This document shows, one piece after another, positions 18,565 through 26,958 of a stretch of 64,000 nt of DNA. A model generated the notes under the pieces. The model was not told the origin of the DNA, made no database searches, and saw only the letters and a list, made by a program, of their open reading frames with translations. The stretch's first letter is position 1. Every line of letters starts with the position of its first letter. Position numbers and translations under genes: made by a program. The DNA is taken from IMG/VR virus record IMGVR_UViG_2861736478_000001, positions 12,387 through 76,386 of that record; one strand, 5' to 3'. Source of the stretch: a virus. Its lineage: Duplodnaviria > Caudoviricetes.

Positions 18565-18921
18565 GTGAAAGCACTCAAGGAAGCGCCCTACGACCGGCGC
18601 GGCAACCTCATGCACTACCCGCAGGACGACTACCGGCGGGTCGAGACCGGCGAGTATGCCGTGGTGCCGCCGGACTGGAGGCCCATCACCGAGTTCACCG
18701 CGACCCTCACTATGACAGGTCGCCGCCGTGGCCGGTCGGCCGCCTATTTCATGTGGACCGACCAGGACGGACACGAGTGGCCGATGTTCCTGGCCGACCT
18801 CGACCACCTGATCAGCTCGGCCACGATCAAGAATGGCGTCGCCACCGGCACCTGGACAGTCGGTAAGCGCGGCGCCAACTTCGGCATCCGCTATGTGTCG
18901 CAGGGCGAGGGCAGCGCGTGA
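18565..18921 (+). CDS. Conserved actinophage hypothetical protein
   Basis: RRGRSAAYFMW...WPMFL.D motif and GGAG RBS. Confidence 0.65.
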   Translation: MKALKEAPYDRRGNLMHYPQDDYRRVETGEYAVVPPDWRPITEFTATLTMTGRRRGRSAAYFMWTDQDGHEWPMFLADLDHLISSATIKNGVATGTWTVGKRGANFGIRYVSQGEGSA

Positions 18922-19436
18922 ATCGCCGTCCCAGCTACGCCGACCGGCAGCTCAACGCGAAGCCCCGCGGCGCGCACAACAAATGCGTGGACAGCGAAGA
19001 CCACGCGTGGAAGCCGCTGTCGTTCGTGTTCGAGTGCCAGCTGCTCGACGCGCATGGCCGGGTCCGGATCCGCCAGCCGAACACGACGGCCGCCCGGGTG
19101 TACTGCATCTGCCTGGGCTGCCGGTCGTGGACGTACGTCGAGACGGACTGGGTCGGCTACTACCTCGGTGGGCCCGAGCACGTCGATCCGACGCTCGACA
19201 ACCCCGACGAGGTGTTCGCGGACGACGTAGCCCAGCCGGAGCAGCCGCTATGCGAGTGGTTCGTGTGGGTCGGCCAGCCGTACAACGCGTGCGACCGGTG
19301 CGGCGAACCGGCCTGGGAGCACCGCGGCCAAGAGACCCACATGAACGGCGGCCCGCCCGAGGCCGATGAGTCAGTCCGTCGCCTCTGGGCGCCAGGCATG
19401 GCAGACCACATCCGAAAGAAATGGGAGAGCACCTGA
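18918..19436 (+). CDS. Hypothetical Cys-rich protein
   Basis: CLGC and CDRC motifs, GTGA coupling. Confidence 0.6.
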   Translation: MNRRPSYADRQLNAKPRGAHNKCVDSEDHAWKPLSFVFECQLLDAHGRVRIRQPNTTAARVYCICLGCRSWTYVETDWVGYYLGGPEHVDPTLDNPDEVFADDVAQPEQPLCEWFVWVGQPYNACDRCGEPAWEHRGQETHMNGGPPEADESVRRLWAPGMADHIRKKWEST

Positions 19437-20026
19437 TGCGCATTTACTACGGCACCGAGTTTCTCGACACGGGAACCACGATCGAGCTGATCTCGATAGG
19501 AATCGTCGTCGACGACGGCCGCGAGTACTACGCCGTCAACTTCGATGCGCCGTGGCAGAAGGTCGCGCAGCACGACTGGCTGATGGAGAACGTCGTCCCG
19601 CATCTTCCGCTGGTCGACGGGATCCGGAGGGGCCCGTTCGGTGGGCAGCCGCAGTTTCAGATCGACCCGACGAACGTGGCCGTGAAGCCGCAGTGGGTGA
19701 TCGCCAACGAGGTGCGCGAGTTCATCTTGTCGACGCTGGAGCCGGAGCTGTGGGCCTACTACGCGGCGTACGACCACGTCGTTCTCGCGCAGCTGTGGGG
19801 GCCGATGGTGAATCTGCCGACTGGTGTCCCGATGTTCACGTGTGACCTGAAGCAGGAGCATGTCCGGTTGGGCCGACCGCCGTTGCCGTCCCGGGATGGG
19901 GATGAGCACCACGCTCTGGCCGACGCCCGCCATAACCGGACGATGGGCACGCTGCTGGAGGGCATCGCTCGGCCGGTCGAGCTACTCGAACTCGTCGAGT
20001 TTGACCCCGAGGAGGCTGACGCGTGA
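19436..20026 (+). CDS. 3'-5' exoribonuclease-like DEDDh protein (Rv2179c-like); first Asp replaced by Gly
   Basis: YYGTEF...IELISIGIV.DDGREYYAV, YYAAYDHVVL.QLWG, HHALADAR. Confidence 0.85.
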   Translation: MRIYYGTEFLDTGTTIELISIGIVVDDGREYYAVNFDAPWQKVAQHDWLMENVVPHLPLVDGIRRGPFGGQPQFQIDPTNVAVKPQWVIANEVREFILSTLEPELWAYYAAYDHVVLAQLWGPMVNLPTGVPMFTCDLKQEHVRLGRPPLPSRDGDEHHALADARHNRTMGTLLEGIARPVELLELVEFDPEEADA

Positions 20027-20247
20027 AGACCTGGAAGCGCTGGCAGGTCATGGCAGAGATGAGGCTCGGGGGCCGTTTCACTGAGCCGAGCGTTGACCGG
20101 TATCTGCGGCCTCGCCGGTTCTGGACGCGGGCCGGTGCCGAGCGTGACGCGCGACGCCGTCGCGCCCAGGCGGAGCTGGAGCGGAAGCCGCACGTCGCCT
20201 ACACCGTGGTGGAGGCGCCCTCAGGGAGCGGGGACAACAAGCGATGA
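20023..20247 (+). CDS. Hypothetical basic protein
   Basis: GTGA coupling. Confidence 0.5.
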   Translation: MKTWKRWQVMAEMRLGGRFTEPSVDRYLRPRRFWTRAGAERDARRRRAQAELERKPHVAYTVVEAPSGSGDNKR

Positions 20248-20507
20248 TCACGCGATGGATTCTGGCGTTCGACCGGCTCGGCATGGTCAATGTGCTGCTG
20301 GCCGGTCTCGCCTTCGCCGCTCTTGCGGACGGCCTGATGGACGTTGTGCAGCTGGACGTCGGTGACGTGGTGAACAAGCTGATGGTCGCCGCGCTGGCGT
20401 TCTCGCTGCTCGGGACACGTCTCGATCGGGATGCGGCGCTCGCTGCGCGCGAGAAGGGTCCCGCGTTGGAGGACGGCCGCGGCCAGCACGGCGAGGTGGC
20501 CCGGTGA
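20244..20507 (+). CDS. Small two-TM membrane protein
   Basis: Two hydrophobic helices and ATGA coupling. Confidence 0.55.
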   Translation: MITRWILAFDRLGMVNVLLAGLAFAALADGLMDVVQLDVGDVVNKLMVAALAFSLLGTRLDRDAALAAREKGPALEDGRGQHGEVAR

Positions 20508-20908
20508 GCGACGAGCGGAAAGCCCCGGCGGCGGCACGGTTCCGGGTGCTCGTCACGGGGTCGCGGACGTGGCGTCAAGGTGACCTCATTGATCGCGCGT
20601 TGTCGGCGTTGCGGGTTGAGCACGGGTCGCTCGTCGTCGTGCACGGCGCTTGCCCAAGCGGCGCGGACGGCTACGCGTCGGCCTGGGTGATGCGGATGGC
20701 AGCGATCGGGCGGGACGTTGTCGAGGAGTACTACCCGGCGAACTGGGCGAAGTTCGGCGACGCGGCGGGCCCGATCCGCAACCGGGCGATGGTCGATCTG
20801 GGCGCGGACCTCGTGCTCGCGTTCATCCGCGACGGGTCGCCGGGGGCGACTCAGTGCGCGCGCTACGCCGAGAGCAGGGGCTTGCTGGTGCGGCGGGTGC
20901 TTGCGTGA
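20504..20908 (+). CDS. SLOG superfamily protein (DUF2493/YspA-like)
   Basis: VLVTGSR, VVHGACPSGAD, AAGPIRNRAMV, LVLAF...SPGA motifs. Confidence 0.85.
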   Translation: MSDERKAPAAARFRVLVTGSRTWRQGDLIDRALSALRVEHGSLVVVHGACPSGADGYASAWVMRMAAIGRDVVEEYYPANWAKFGDAAGPIRNRAMVDLGADLVLAFIRDGSPGATQCARYAESRGLLVRRVLA

Positions 20909-20977
20909 CGGTATGCATGATCAGTAAAGAGAGACCTTCCCTCAAGGCCCTCGGCACGTTGAGGGGGAGGGGAGCGG

Positions 20978-21397
20978 GTGAGCGCTCGACTGATGGGCGA
21001 GGTCGCCGGCTGGCTCGGTACGGCTGCCGCCGAAGGGCTGACCGCGGCCGAGCGGCTGGTGCTGCTGATCGTCGCCGAGCGGGCGAACGAGCACAGCAGG
21101 CGCATGTGGACGCACCGTGGCGACCGGCGCGACGACGGGACGCGGATCACGCTGACCGAGCTGATCGCGGACCGGGCCGGGCTGACGCCGCGCGGCCTGA
21201 ACGACGCGTTGCAGCGGCTCGCCCGGCGGGGCCTGGAGGTGCGGGTGCAGATCGCGACGGACACGCGTGGCCGACCGGTGTTCGCGCGGAAGGGTCACGC
21301 GGTCGACTACGAGCTTCCGTTCCTGCCCGCGTCAGTCGAGCTACCCCCGCGACCTGTGGATAGCGGGTCGTCAGGACCCCCGGAACGCGACCGGTAG
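20978..21397 (+). CDS. Putative replication initiator (winged HTH N-terminal domain)
   Basis: AERLVLLIVAERA...ELIADRAGLTPRGLNDALQRL. Ends exactly at an iteron array flanked by DnaA boxes. Confidence 0.65.
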   Translation: MSARLMGEVAGWLGTAAAEGLTAAERLVLLIVAERANEHSRRMWTHRGDRRDDGTRITLTELIADRAGLTPRGLNDALQRLARRGLEVRVQIATDTRGRPVFARKGHAVDYELPFLPASVELPPRPVDSGSSGPPERDR

Positions 21398-21591
21398 GTC
21401 ACGCCACAGCGTGACCTAAGGGCCCGATAGGTCACGCCACAACGTGACCAAAGACGCTCTTAGGTCACGCCACAGCGTGACCCCATCCCTATAAGACCTA
21501 TCCCTCTAACACCTTCTATCCCTAACGCGGGCCGGGGTCTCACAACCTGAGGTGGAAGGGGACAAGATCACACCCGGCGATATGTGGACAA
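21355..21591 (+). promoter_or_regulatory. Putative replication origin: DnaA box, 3 iterons, pyrimidine/A-rich spacer, DnaA box
   Basis: TGTGGATAG at 21355-21363 and TGTGGACAA at 21583-21591 (reverse complement TTGTCCACA, the actinobacterial DnaA box). Confidence 0.7.
21395..21482 (+). repeat. Three 22-bp direct repeats TAGGTCACGCCACA(G/A)CGTGACC with 33-bp period
   Basis: Copies start at 21395, 21428 and 21461. Each is internally dyadic (GGTCACG...CGTGACC). Confidence 0.95.
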
Positions 21592-21623
21592 CCCGCAAGC
21601 AGAATCGCCAGCAAGGAACGCCC

Positions 21624-21911
21624 ATGACCGACCCCGAGAGCCTCGACCGTCAAACCCGGGTCGCCGTCGCCGCACTCGCCCACCGCATCCGCGAACGCGA
21701 CCACCAAGACGACCCCACCGACGCCGACATCTTCGCCCTCGAATACCTGCACGCACTCCGCGGCCAAGGCTGGCGACCCACCAACGCCCGCCGGCCAGAA
21801 CCCTGGACCACCGACCACCGGCCACCCGGCACCGAAACCGCACGCCGCGGCGCCGAACTCGCCCGCGACCTCCTCCGCCGACCCACCAACGACCACCAGG
21901 AGCAGGAATGA
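21624..21911 (+). CDS. Hypothetical protein
   Basis: AAGGA RBS and ATGA coupling downstream. Confidence 0.6.
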   Translation: MTDPESLDRQTRVAVAALAHRIRERDHQDDPTDADIFALEYLHALRGQGWRPTNARRPEPWTTDHRPPGTETARRGAELARDLLRRPTNDHQEQE

Positions 21912-22303
21912 CCACACCCACCCGCACCGACTGGCGCGGCAACCCCTACACGACCGGCACCACCGTGCTCTACGCGCGCAGAATCAGCACCAGCTGCGAA
22001 ATCGCCGAAGGCGTCGTCATCGACATCTACGACGCCGTCCGCGATGCCCGCACGAACCGGTGGGCCCGCGCCGACCCCGACAACCCCAACCACCAGACGA
22101 TCACCGGCCGCGACCGCGAAACCCGCGTCATCGTCCAACCCACCGGACGCGAGAGCAAGAACTGGCGGCTGAACACCCGCCAAGCCCGTAACGAGAACTG
22201 GATCGGCGTCTATGACGAGCACGGCTCCCCGATCTTCGAGCCGGTCGAGCATGGGCCCGTCGCCCTCACCGCTCTGGCGAACATCACCGTGATCACCCCG
22301 TGA
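21908..22303 (+). CDS. Hypothetical protein
   Basis: DWRGNPYT.G..V.Y motif and ATGA coupling. Confidence 0.65.
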   Translation: MTTPTRTDWRGNPYTTGTTVLYARRISTSCEIAEGVVIDIYDAVRDARTNRWARADPDNPNHQTITGRDRETRVIVQPTGRESKNWRLNTRQARNENWIGVYDEHGSPIFEPVEHGPVALTALANITVITP

Positions 22304-22570
22304 GCCGCATCACCGTGCCCAGCGTCGCCATCGCCCGGCGCTGACCAGCACAAACAAACACGCCCCCAGCTTCACACCTCGTCGCTGCTGGGGTTGACCT
22401 TCTACGAATCATTCGCGCAATGCGCGCAAAGCTTGACACGAGACGCACGCTAGACGGTCCCAGAATCGACGCTGGGACACAAACAAGGGTCGGTTGGTAT
22501 CTCTGGATACCCCCGACCCTTTCGTATGCTCAGGGACGACTACAGTGCTTTGACCCTGGTCGGACCAAGA

Positions 22571-22789
22571 TCAAGACGTCCCCTGAATCCGCTGAATCCG
22601 CCGACGAGTCGTCTCCGACCACTCCCCATACGCAGCCAACGCCACATCCCGCGCCTGAATCCCCAACTCCCCACGGCACTGAAGCACCAACTCCCGCTGC
22701 CGGCGCTCAAACCTCGCCAGCTCGGCCGACACATGCTTCAACTCCGCCAGCGCCACCCGCTGCTCATCAGACAACTCCCGCTCAGCCAC
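22571..22789 (-). CDS. Small helical/HTH-like protein
   Basis: AERELSDEQRVALAELKHVSAELARFERRQRELVLQCR.ELGIQARDVA...RRRIQRI. GTG start inferred. Confidence 0.5.
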   Translation of the reverse strand: MAERELSDEQRVALAELKHVSAELARFERRQRELVLQCRGELGIQARDVALAAYGEWSETTRRRIQRIQGTS

Positions 22790-23027
22790 CCCGCAAGCGT
22801 AGACACAAAATGTCCCACGCGGAAGAGGCGTCAACCAGGGGTGCCACCCCAAGCCCCGCACCAAGAGTCAACCTACATTGACGCACGGCGACGGAAAAGC
22901 CTGCCAGACAAGGGAATGCCGCCCTACAAAGTCAGCTAGCCGCCCAGGTTCGTTGTGATCAATTCGTTCCTTATTTGAGATCACTTCGTGCTTCATTGCC
23001 TGTGTAGATCACGACACAATTTGTGTC

Positions 23028-23777
23028 GTGATGACATTCACCAACGCCCGGCGGGCACTCGCGGCACTGGCCGCGACACTCGCACTCACGGGCACACCAC
23101 TCGCCGCTCTCGCAGCGGCACAGGATGACCCGCCCGGCGGCACGCCGGGACCGGAGGTCACCGTGACCACCACGGTCACGGTGTTCGTTCCGGTCACGGG
23201 TCCGCCCGGACCCAAGGGCGACACCGGCCCCCAGGGCCCGGCGGGATCTCCCGGACCCCAGGGTCCGGCGGGTTCCCCTGGTCCGGTCGGCGCGTCCGGC
23301 AGGCCCGGCGAACCCGGCAAGGCGGGGGCGGACGGCAAGCCCGGTGCCCAAGGGCCAAAGGGCGACACCGGCCCGTCCGGCAAGCCCGGCGCGGACGGGA
23401 AGCCCGGACCTACCGGTCCGCCCGGAAGCACCGGCCCGCAAGGGCAGGCGGGGCCGCGCGGCATCGCCGGTCCGAAGGGTGACCCCGGACTCACAGGTCC
23501 GCCCGGTTCGCCCGGACCATTCAGCGTTGCTGGAAAGCCGCAAGCGGAACCGCAAGTGGCTTCCACTAGCAGGGACAAACCCCTCGCGGGTGCCGGACTC
23601 GCCAGCGCTGACAAGGGCATCCCGCCCACGGTCGGCCTGACGGTCGGTGCCGTCCTGCTGGCTCTCGCAATCGGAGTCGGACTCACGATCCGAACCCGCA
23701 AGCGGAAGCGCAAGCCGGTAAGCGCCTCCAAGCCCGCCACGTCCACGGACACGGGCGACGAGACGCAAGTCCTGTAA
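23028..23777 (+). CDS. Collagen-like surface protein (signal peptide, 36 Gly-X-Y triplets, C-terminal TM plus RKRKRK)
   Basis: Uninterrupted GPP GPK GDT...GPF run, AxA signal cleavage and membrane anchor. Confidence 0.85.
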   Translation: MMTFTNARRALAALAATLALTGTPLAALAAAQDDPPGGTPGPEVTVTTTVTVFVPVTGPPGPKGDTGPQGPAGSPGPQGPAGSPGPVGASGRPGEPGKAGADGKPGAQGPKGDTGPSGKPGADGKPGPTGPPGSTGPQGQAGPRGIAGPKGDPGLTGPPGSPGPFSVAGKPQAEPQVASTSRDKPLAGAGLASADKGIPPTVGLTVGAVLLALAIGVGLTIRTRKRKRKPVSASKPATSTDTGDETQVL

Positions 23778-23837
23778 CAACCCCCGGCGCTCCCGTACAG
23801 GGCGGGAGTGCCACCTCAGCCCGAAAGGCGAGAGATC

Positions 23838-24284
23838 ATGACCAGCTTCACCCCAAGCGAGATCCTTACCGGCATCGGCGACGCGCTTGCCGCGTTCGAC
23901 AAGCTCAACCGCTTCACCCGGTACGTTCCCCTGGTTCCCGCTGTCTGGGCCTACTACTTCACCATTGGCGAGCTCACGGGCGACGCGATGCCCGTTGACG
24001 GGCTGGTCAAGGCGGGCGACGACGACGACGCCGCGCACGTCTTCACCGACGCCAAGGGCGGCAAGTGGATCAAGCGCTCTGCGCGCGGTCTGGCCAAGCT
24101 GGGCGGAGACGCCGCCTACCTCACGGCCATGCCCCCGGCGCAGTTCCGCGCCGTGATCGACAAGATCCGCGCCGACGCTGCGGAAGCCGAAAGCCAGCGC
24201 ATCAGGGACGAGCTGGAGGCCGCCAAGGCGGAGCTGGCCGCGCTCAAGAGCGCCAAGCCCGCCGCCAAGCCCGCCGCGAAGTAG
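23838..24284 (+). CDS. Hypothetical protein with coiled coil and KPAAKPAAK tail
   Basis: GAAAGG RBS and strong coding bias. Confidence 0.7.
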   Translation: MTSFTPSEILTGIGDALAAFDKLNRFTRYVPLVPAVWAYYFTIGELTGDAMPVDGLVKAGDDDDAAHVFTDAKGGKWIKRSARGLAKLGGDAAYLTAMPPAQFRAVIDKIRADAAEAESQRIRDELEAAKAELAALKSAKPAAKPAAK

Positions 24285-24291
24285 CACAACC

Positions 24292-24317
24292 GGCGCGCGG
24301 TTCGGGGACCGCGCGCC
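24292..24317 (+). terminator. Hairpin GGCGCGCGGT/ACCGCGCGCC
   Basis: 10-bp stem just after the stop at 24284. Confidence 0.55.
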
Positions 24318-24368
24318 ACCCCTCACGACCTAGCCAGTCAGCCAACCTCACCCGAACGGAGCAACACC

Positions 24369-24902
24369 ATGCGAATCCTGGTCAACGTCAAGACGCCACT
24401 ACTCCGCAAGGCGGAGCGTTACGGCATCTCAGTTCACCGCGTCATGCACGACGCGTTGGCCGCCGCCGTGGCCAAGGCGGAAGCCGTCGCGCCCGTCAAG
24501 GTGTCCGACCGCATCGCCGTCGCGAACCTATGCGTTGCGACGGCAGCGGAAGACTGGGCAGACATCCTGCACATGGCGGGAGTGGTCGCGCCGGTCCTCA
24601 CCATGGAAGAGCGGAACGGCGTGCGTCACGTGGTCGCCGACGACGGTTGGCTTGTGCAGGTCTGCACGTGGCTGACCAAGAAGCCCGCAGAGGTGCGTAT
24701 CGTCACGAACACGGCTGTCACCATCTGGCGTGAGCTGGCCGACGCGACTGGCCTTGCCGCCAAGTCCTACTCTCGCCGCACGCCGAAGCACCTGGAGAGC
24801 GCTTACGCCGACGCCGTTGCCACGCTGGCTGACGACATGGCCAAGACCAAGGCAGCTCTCGCGACGCACGTTGGCGACGTCGCGCCGCGCCGCCGCGCGT
24901 AG
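24369..24902 (+). CDS. Hypothetical protein
   Basis: GGAG RBS and coding bias. Confidence 0.7.
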   Translation: MRILVNVKTPLLRKAERYGISVHRVMHDALAAAVAKAEAVAPVKVSDRIAVANLCVATAAEDWADILHMAGVVAPVLTMEERNGVRHVVADDGWLVQVCTWLTKKPAEVRIVTNTAVTIWRELADATGLAAKSYSRRTPKHLESAYADAVATLADDMAKTKAALATHVGDVAPRRRA

Positions 24903-24909
24903 TCCGCGC

Positions 24910-24947
24910 GAAGCCGCCGCAGGCGATCACCGCTTGCGGCGGCTTTC
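24910..24947 (+). terminator. Intrinsic terminator-like hairpin
   Basis: AAGCCGCCGCAGGCG / CGCTTGCGGCGGCTTT, followed by TTTCGCATGTC. Confidence 0.7.
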
Positions 24948-25024
24948 GCATGTCTGGGGGTACCCCCCAGGAGCCGGCCGCTGGTCGCGCTGCTGTTGGC
25001 GTCGCACCTCGCCGGGGTTGCCGC

Positions 25025-25273
25025 ATGATGGTTGGTGTGTGGGTGGATCTTGATGGTGCTGCGTTGCGTGTTGGTGTGTCTCGTTCGACGGTGAATCGGT
25101 GGGTGGCGTCGGGTGCGCTTGGGTGTTGGGTGGTTGATGGGGTGTCGGGGGTGCCTCGGTTGCGTCGTCCGGGGGAGGGGGGTGGGGTAGTCAGCGTGTC
25201 GGAGTTGCTGAGGGTTGAGCGGGAACGGAGGAGGGCGCGGGGGCGGCCGGGGGCGCGACTTGATCGCCGATGA
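25025..25273 (+). CDS. MerR/excisionase-like HTH protein
   Basis: VDLDGAALRVGVSRSTVNRWVASGAL. Confidence 0.65.
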   Translation: MMVGVWVDLDGAALRVGVSRSTVNRWVASGALGCWVVDGVSGVPRLRRPGEGGGVVSVSELLRVERERRRARGRPGARLDRR

Positions 25274-25850
25274 GGTTGGAGGCGATGTTGAGGGGGATGG
25301 CCAGAAGTAGTCCGACCAGGAAGAACGCCCATTCGCGGAGGCGTTGGCGTTTCCTGTCGGATTTGGTGTCGCCGAGGATGAGGGCTTGGACGGCTTCGGC
25401 TTCCTCGCGGTCCATGTTGATCAGCGTGCGTTGGCGCTCGGCTTCTTCGGTGAGTTTCTGATGTGCTGCTTGTTGGGTGGCGATCTCCTGGCGTAGCTCA
25501 TCGGCTAGGACGCCGGCTTCGGCGAAGGCGGTGTTGGCTTGGCTGAAGGCGTCGTTTACGGCGTTGATGCGCTGCTGTAGCCGCTCGCTTGGATCTACTT
25601 CTATCTTCGGTCTGGGGAGCCTGGCTCGTCTGGTGACATAGAGGAGTCCCGCCGTGGTGAGCGTTCCGACGGCGCCGGCGGCAATTGCAACCCAAGGTGG
25701 GATTGTGGTGAGGATGTCGTCGCCGATGAGTTGGACGGCGACGCCGACCGAGGCGGCAACGAGGCTGGCAATGGCAGCGAGCGTGCCCGCTGTTTGGTGT
25801 GAAGGCGCAGGCGGTTCGGGCCTGGGTGGGGGGGTGTTCTGGTCGGACAT
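25191..25850 (-). CDS. Membrane protein (2 TM, coiled coil, 1 TM), moron
   Basis: Hydrophobic N-terminal pair, LQQRINAVNDAF...EAERQR coiled coil, and WAFFLVGLLLAIPLNIASNLI TM. Confidence 0.7.
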   Translation of the reverse strand: MSDQNTPPPRPEPPAPSHQTAGTLAAIASLVAASVGVAVQLIGDDILTTIPPWVAIAAGAVGTLTTAGLLYVTRRARLPRPKIEVDPSERLQQRINAVNDAFSQANTAFAEAGVLADELRQEIATQQAAHQKLTEEAERQRTLINMDREEAEAVQALILGDTKSDRKRQRLREWAFFLVGLLLAIPLNIASNLIGDQVAPPAAPAPSSVPAQPSATPTR

Positions 25851-25936
25851 GCTCCATTGGCTACCTGGCGGCCGGGTGTGTGCGCAATGAAGTGATGAAA
25901 TTGAGAGCTCTGAGCAACGCTCGACCCATGTTCGCA

Positions 25937-25956
25937 ATTTTCGCGAAATGCTAGTA
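25937..25956 (+). promoter_or_regulatory. Second copy of repressor-region box (ATTTTCGCGAA...TGCTAGTA)
   Basis: 11-mer identical to 8319-8329. TGCTAGTA also occurs at 8379-8386. Sits in a divergent intergenic region. Confidence 0.5.
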
Positions 25957-26043
25957 AGTCACGATAGGGTTCCCTTATCATGGGTTAGAAACCTTGATCA
26001 TCTCGCTAGCCACGGGATGTTCCCTCACCCGAAAGAGGCAACA

Positions 26044-26271
26044 ATGAGCAACACGCACCAGCGCCTGAACGTCACGGAACTCCGTCCGGGGATGCGAATC
26101 CTAGACCGCGACATCATCGCCACGTCGATCCGGCACTGTCCCTGCGCCCTGCCCGATCCCGACCTTGTCACCGAGGTCCGCTCGGCACGCAAGTACGCGC
26201 GCATCGCCTTCGGCAACTGCGCGCTCGTGAAGGTCCCCCTCGACCGGTTCGTCTCGGTCACGTCCGCCTAA
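26044..26271 (+). CDS. Hypothetical protein
   Basis: AAGAGG RBS. Confidence 0.6.
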   Translation: MSNTHQRLNVTELRPGMRILDRDIIATSIRHCPCALPDPDLVTEVRSARKYARIAFGNCALVKVPLDRFVSVTSA

Positions 26272-26352
26272 CCCCGTCAGCCCCGTCGGGTCGCGGGCAC
26301 TAGCCATGCCCGCGACTCATCTCCCACCTCTCACCCGAATCTGGAGCCATTG

Positions 26353-26724
26353 ATGAGCGACGCTCGCTTCCTGCCGTTCAACTCGCTGTACGTTCGTCCG
26401 AACCCGGACCACGTGGGCGTGCTGGAGATCCTCGACATAACCCTCTACCCGGACACCCTCTGGGGCTTCCACTTCTACGGCCCGGCCTCCCCGGGCAACT
26501 TCTACGACGACGGTCCGGTGTACGAGACGCTCGTCGAGGCGGACCACGTGTGGCAGGGCGACATGGAGCTAGGCACGGAAGACGACCTCCGAGCGTTTGC
26601 CGCGATCCTGCACGAGAGCCTCACCGGGGGAGGCGACGAGTTCTACGGGAGCGGCTGGACTCGTCTCCACTACCGGCCGCTCCCGAGCGCCGGCGTCGAA
26701 CTGGCCGCCCAGGGCACGGCGTGA
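26353..26724 (+). CDS. Hypothetical acidic protein
   Basis: GGAG RBS. Confidence 0.6.
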   Translation: MSDARFLPFNSLYVRPNPDHVGVLEILDITLYPDTLWGFHFYGPASPGNFYDDGPVYETLVEADHVWQGDMELGTEDDLRAFAAILHESLTGGGDEFYGSGWTRLHYRPLPSAGVELAAQGTA

Positions 26725-26900
26725 GGGGAACCCGGCTCGACCTCACGCCTGTGAAGGACCGAAGCGCCGCTGAGCAGAAGTCGTTCGTCCGGGCTGGCGC
26801 GCACCTGCTGGTGATGAAGCTGATGGGCGGCACGACCCTGACCGAGGACGAGATCGTCGCCGAGATCGTCCGCGCAGCCCGTTCCGGGCTCCCCTCCTGA
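26721..26900 (+). CDS. Small hypothetical protein
   Basis: GTGA coupling. Confidence 0.5.
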   Translation: MRGTRLDLTPVKDRSAAEQKSFVRAGAHLLVMKLMGGTTLTEDEIVAEIVRAARSGLPS

Positions 26901-26958
26901 CCAGCCCCTCCGACCGGCGCCCAGCACGGGCGCCGGTCTCCCCCCGAAACGAGATCAC

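Noticed and set aside
21395-21470. Genome-wide TAG recoding
   Set aside because: Many well-supported genes end normally in TAG (for example 910, 5210, 6313, 45094) and no suppressor tRNA is seen.
21395-21482. CRISPR-like array
   Set aside because: Only three repeats with 11-bp spacers and no cas genes. The context fits iterons.
23009-23752. Antisense Gly/Pro-rich ORF mimicking collagen
   Set aside because: A by-product of the sense collagen codons; no signal peptide or RBS.
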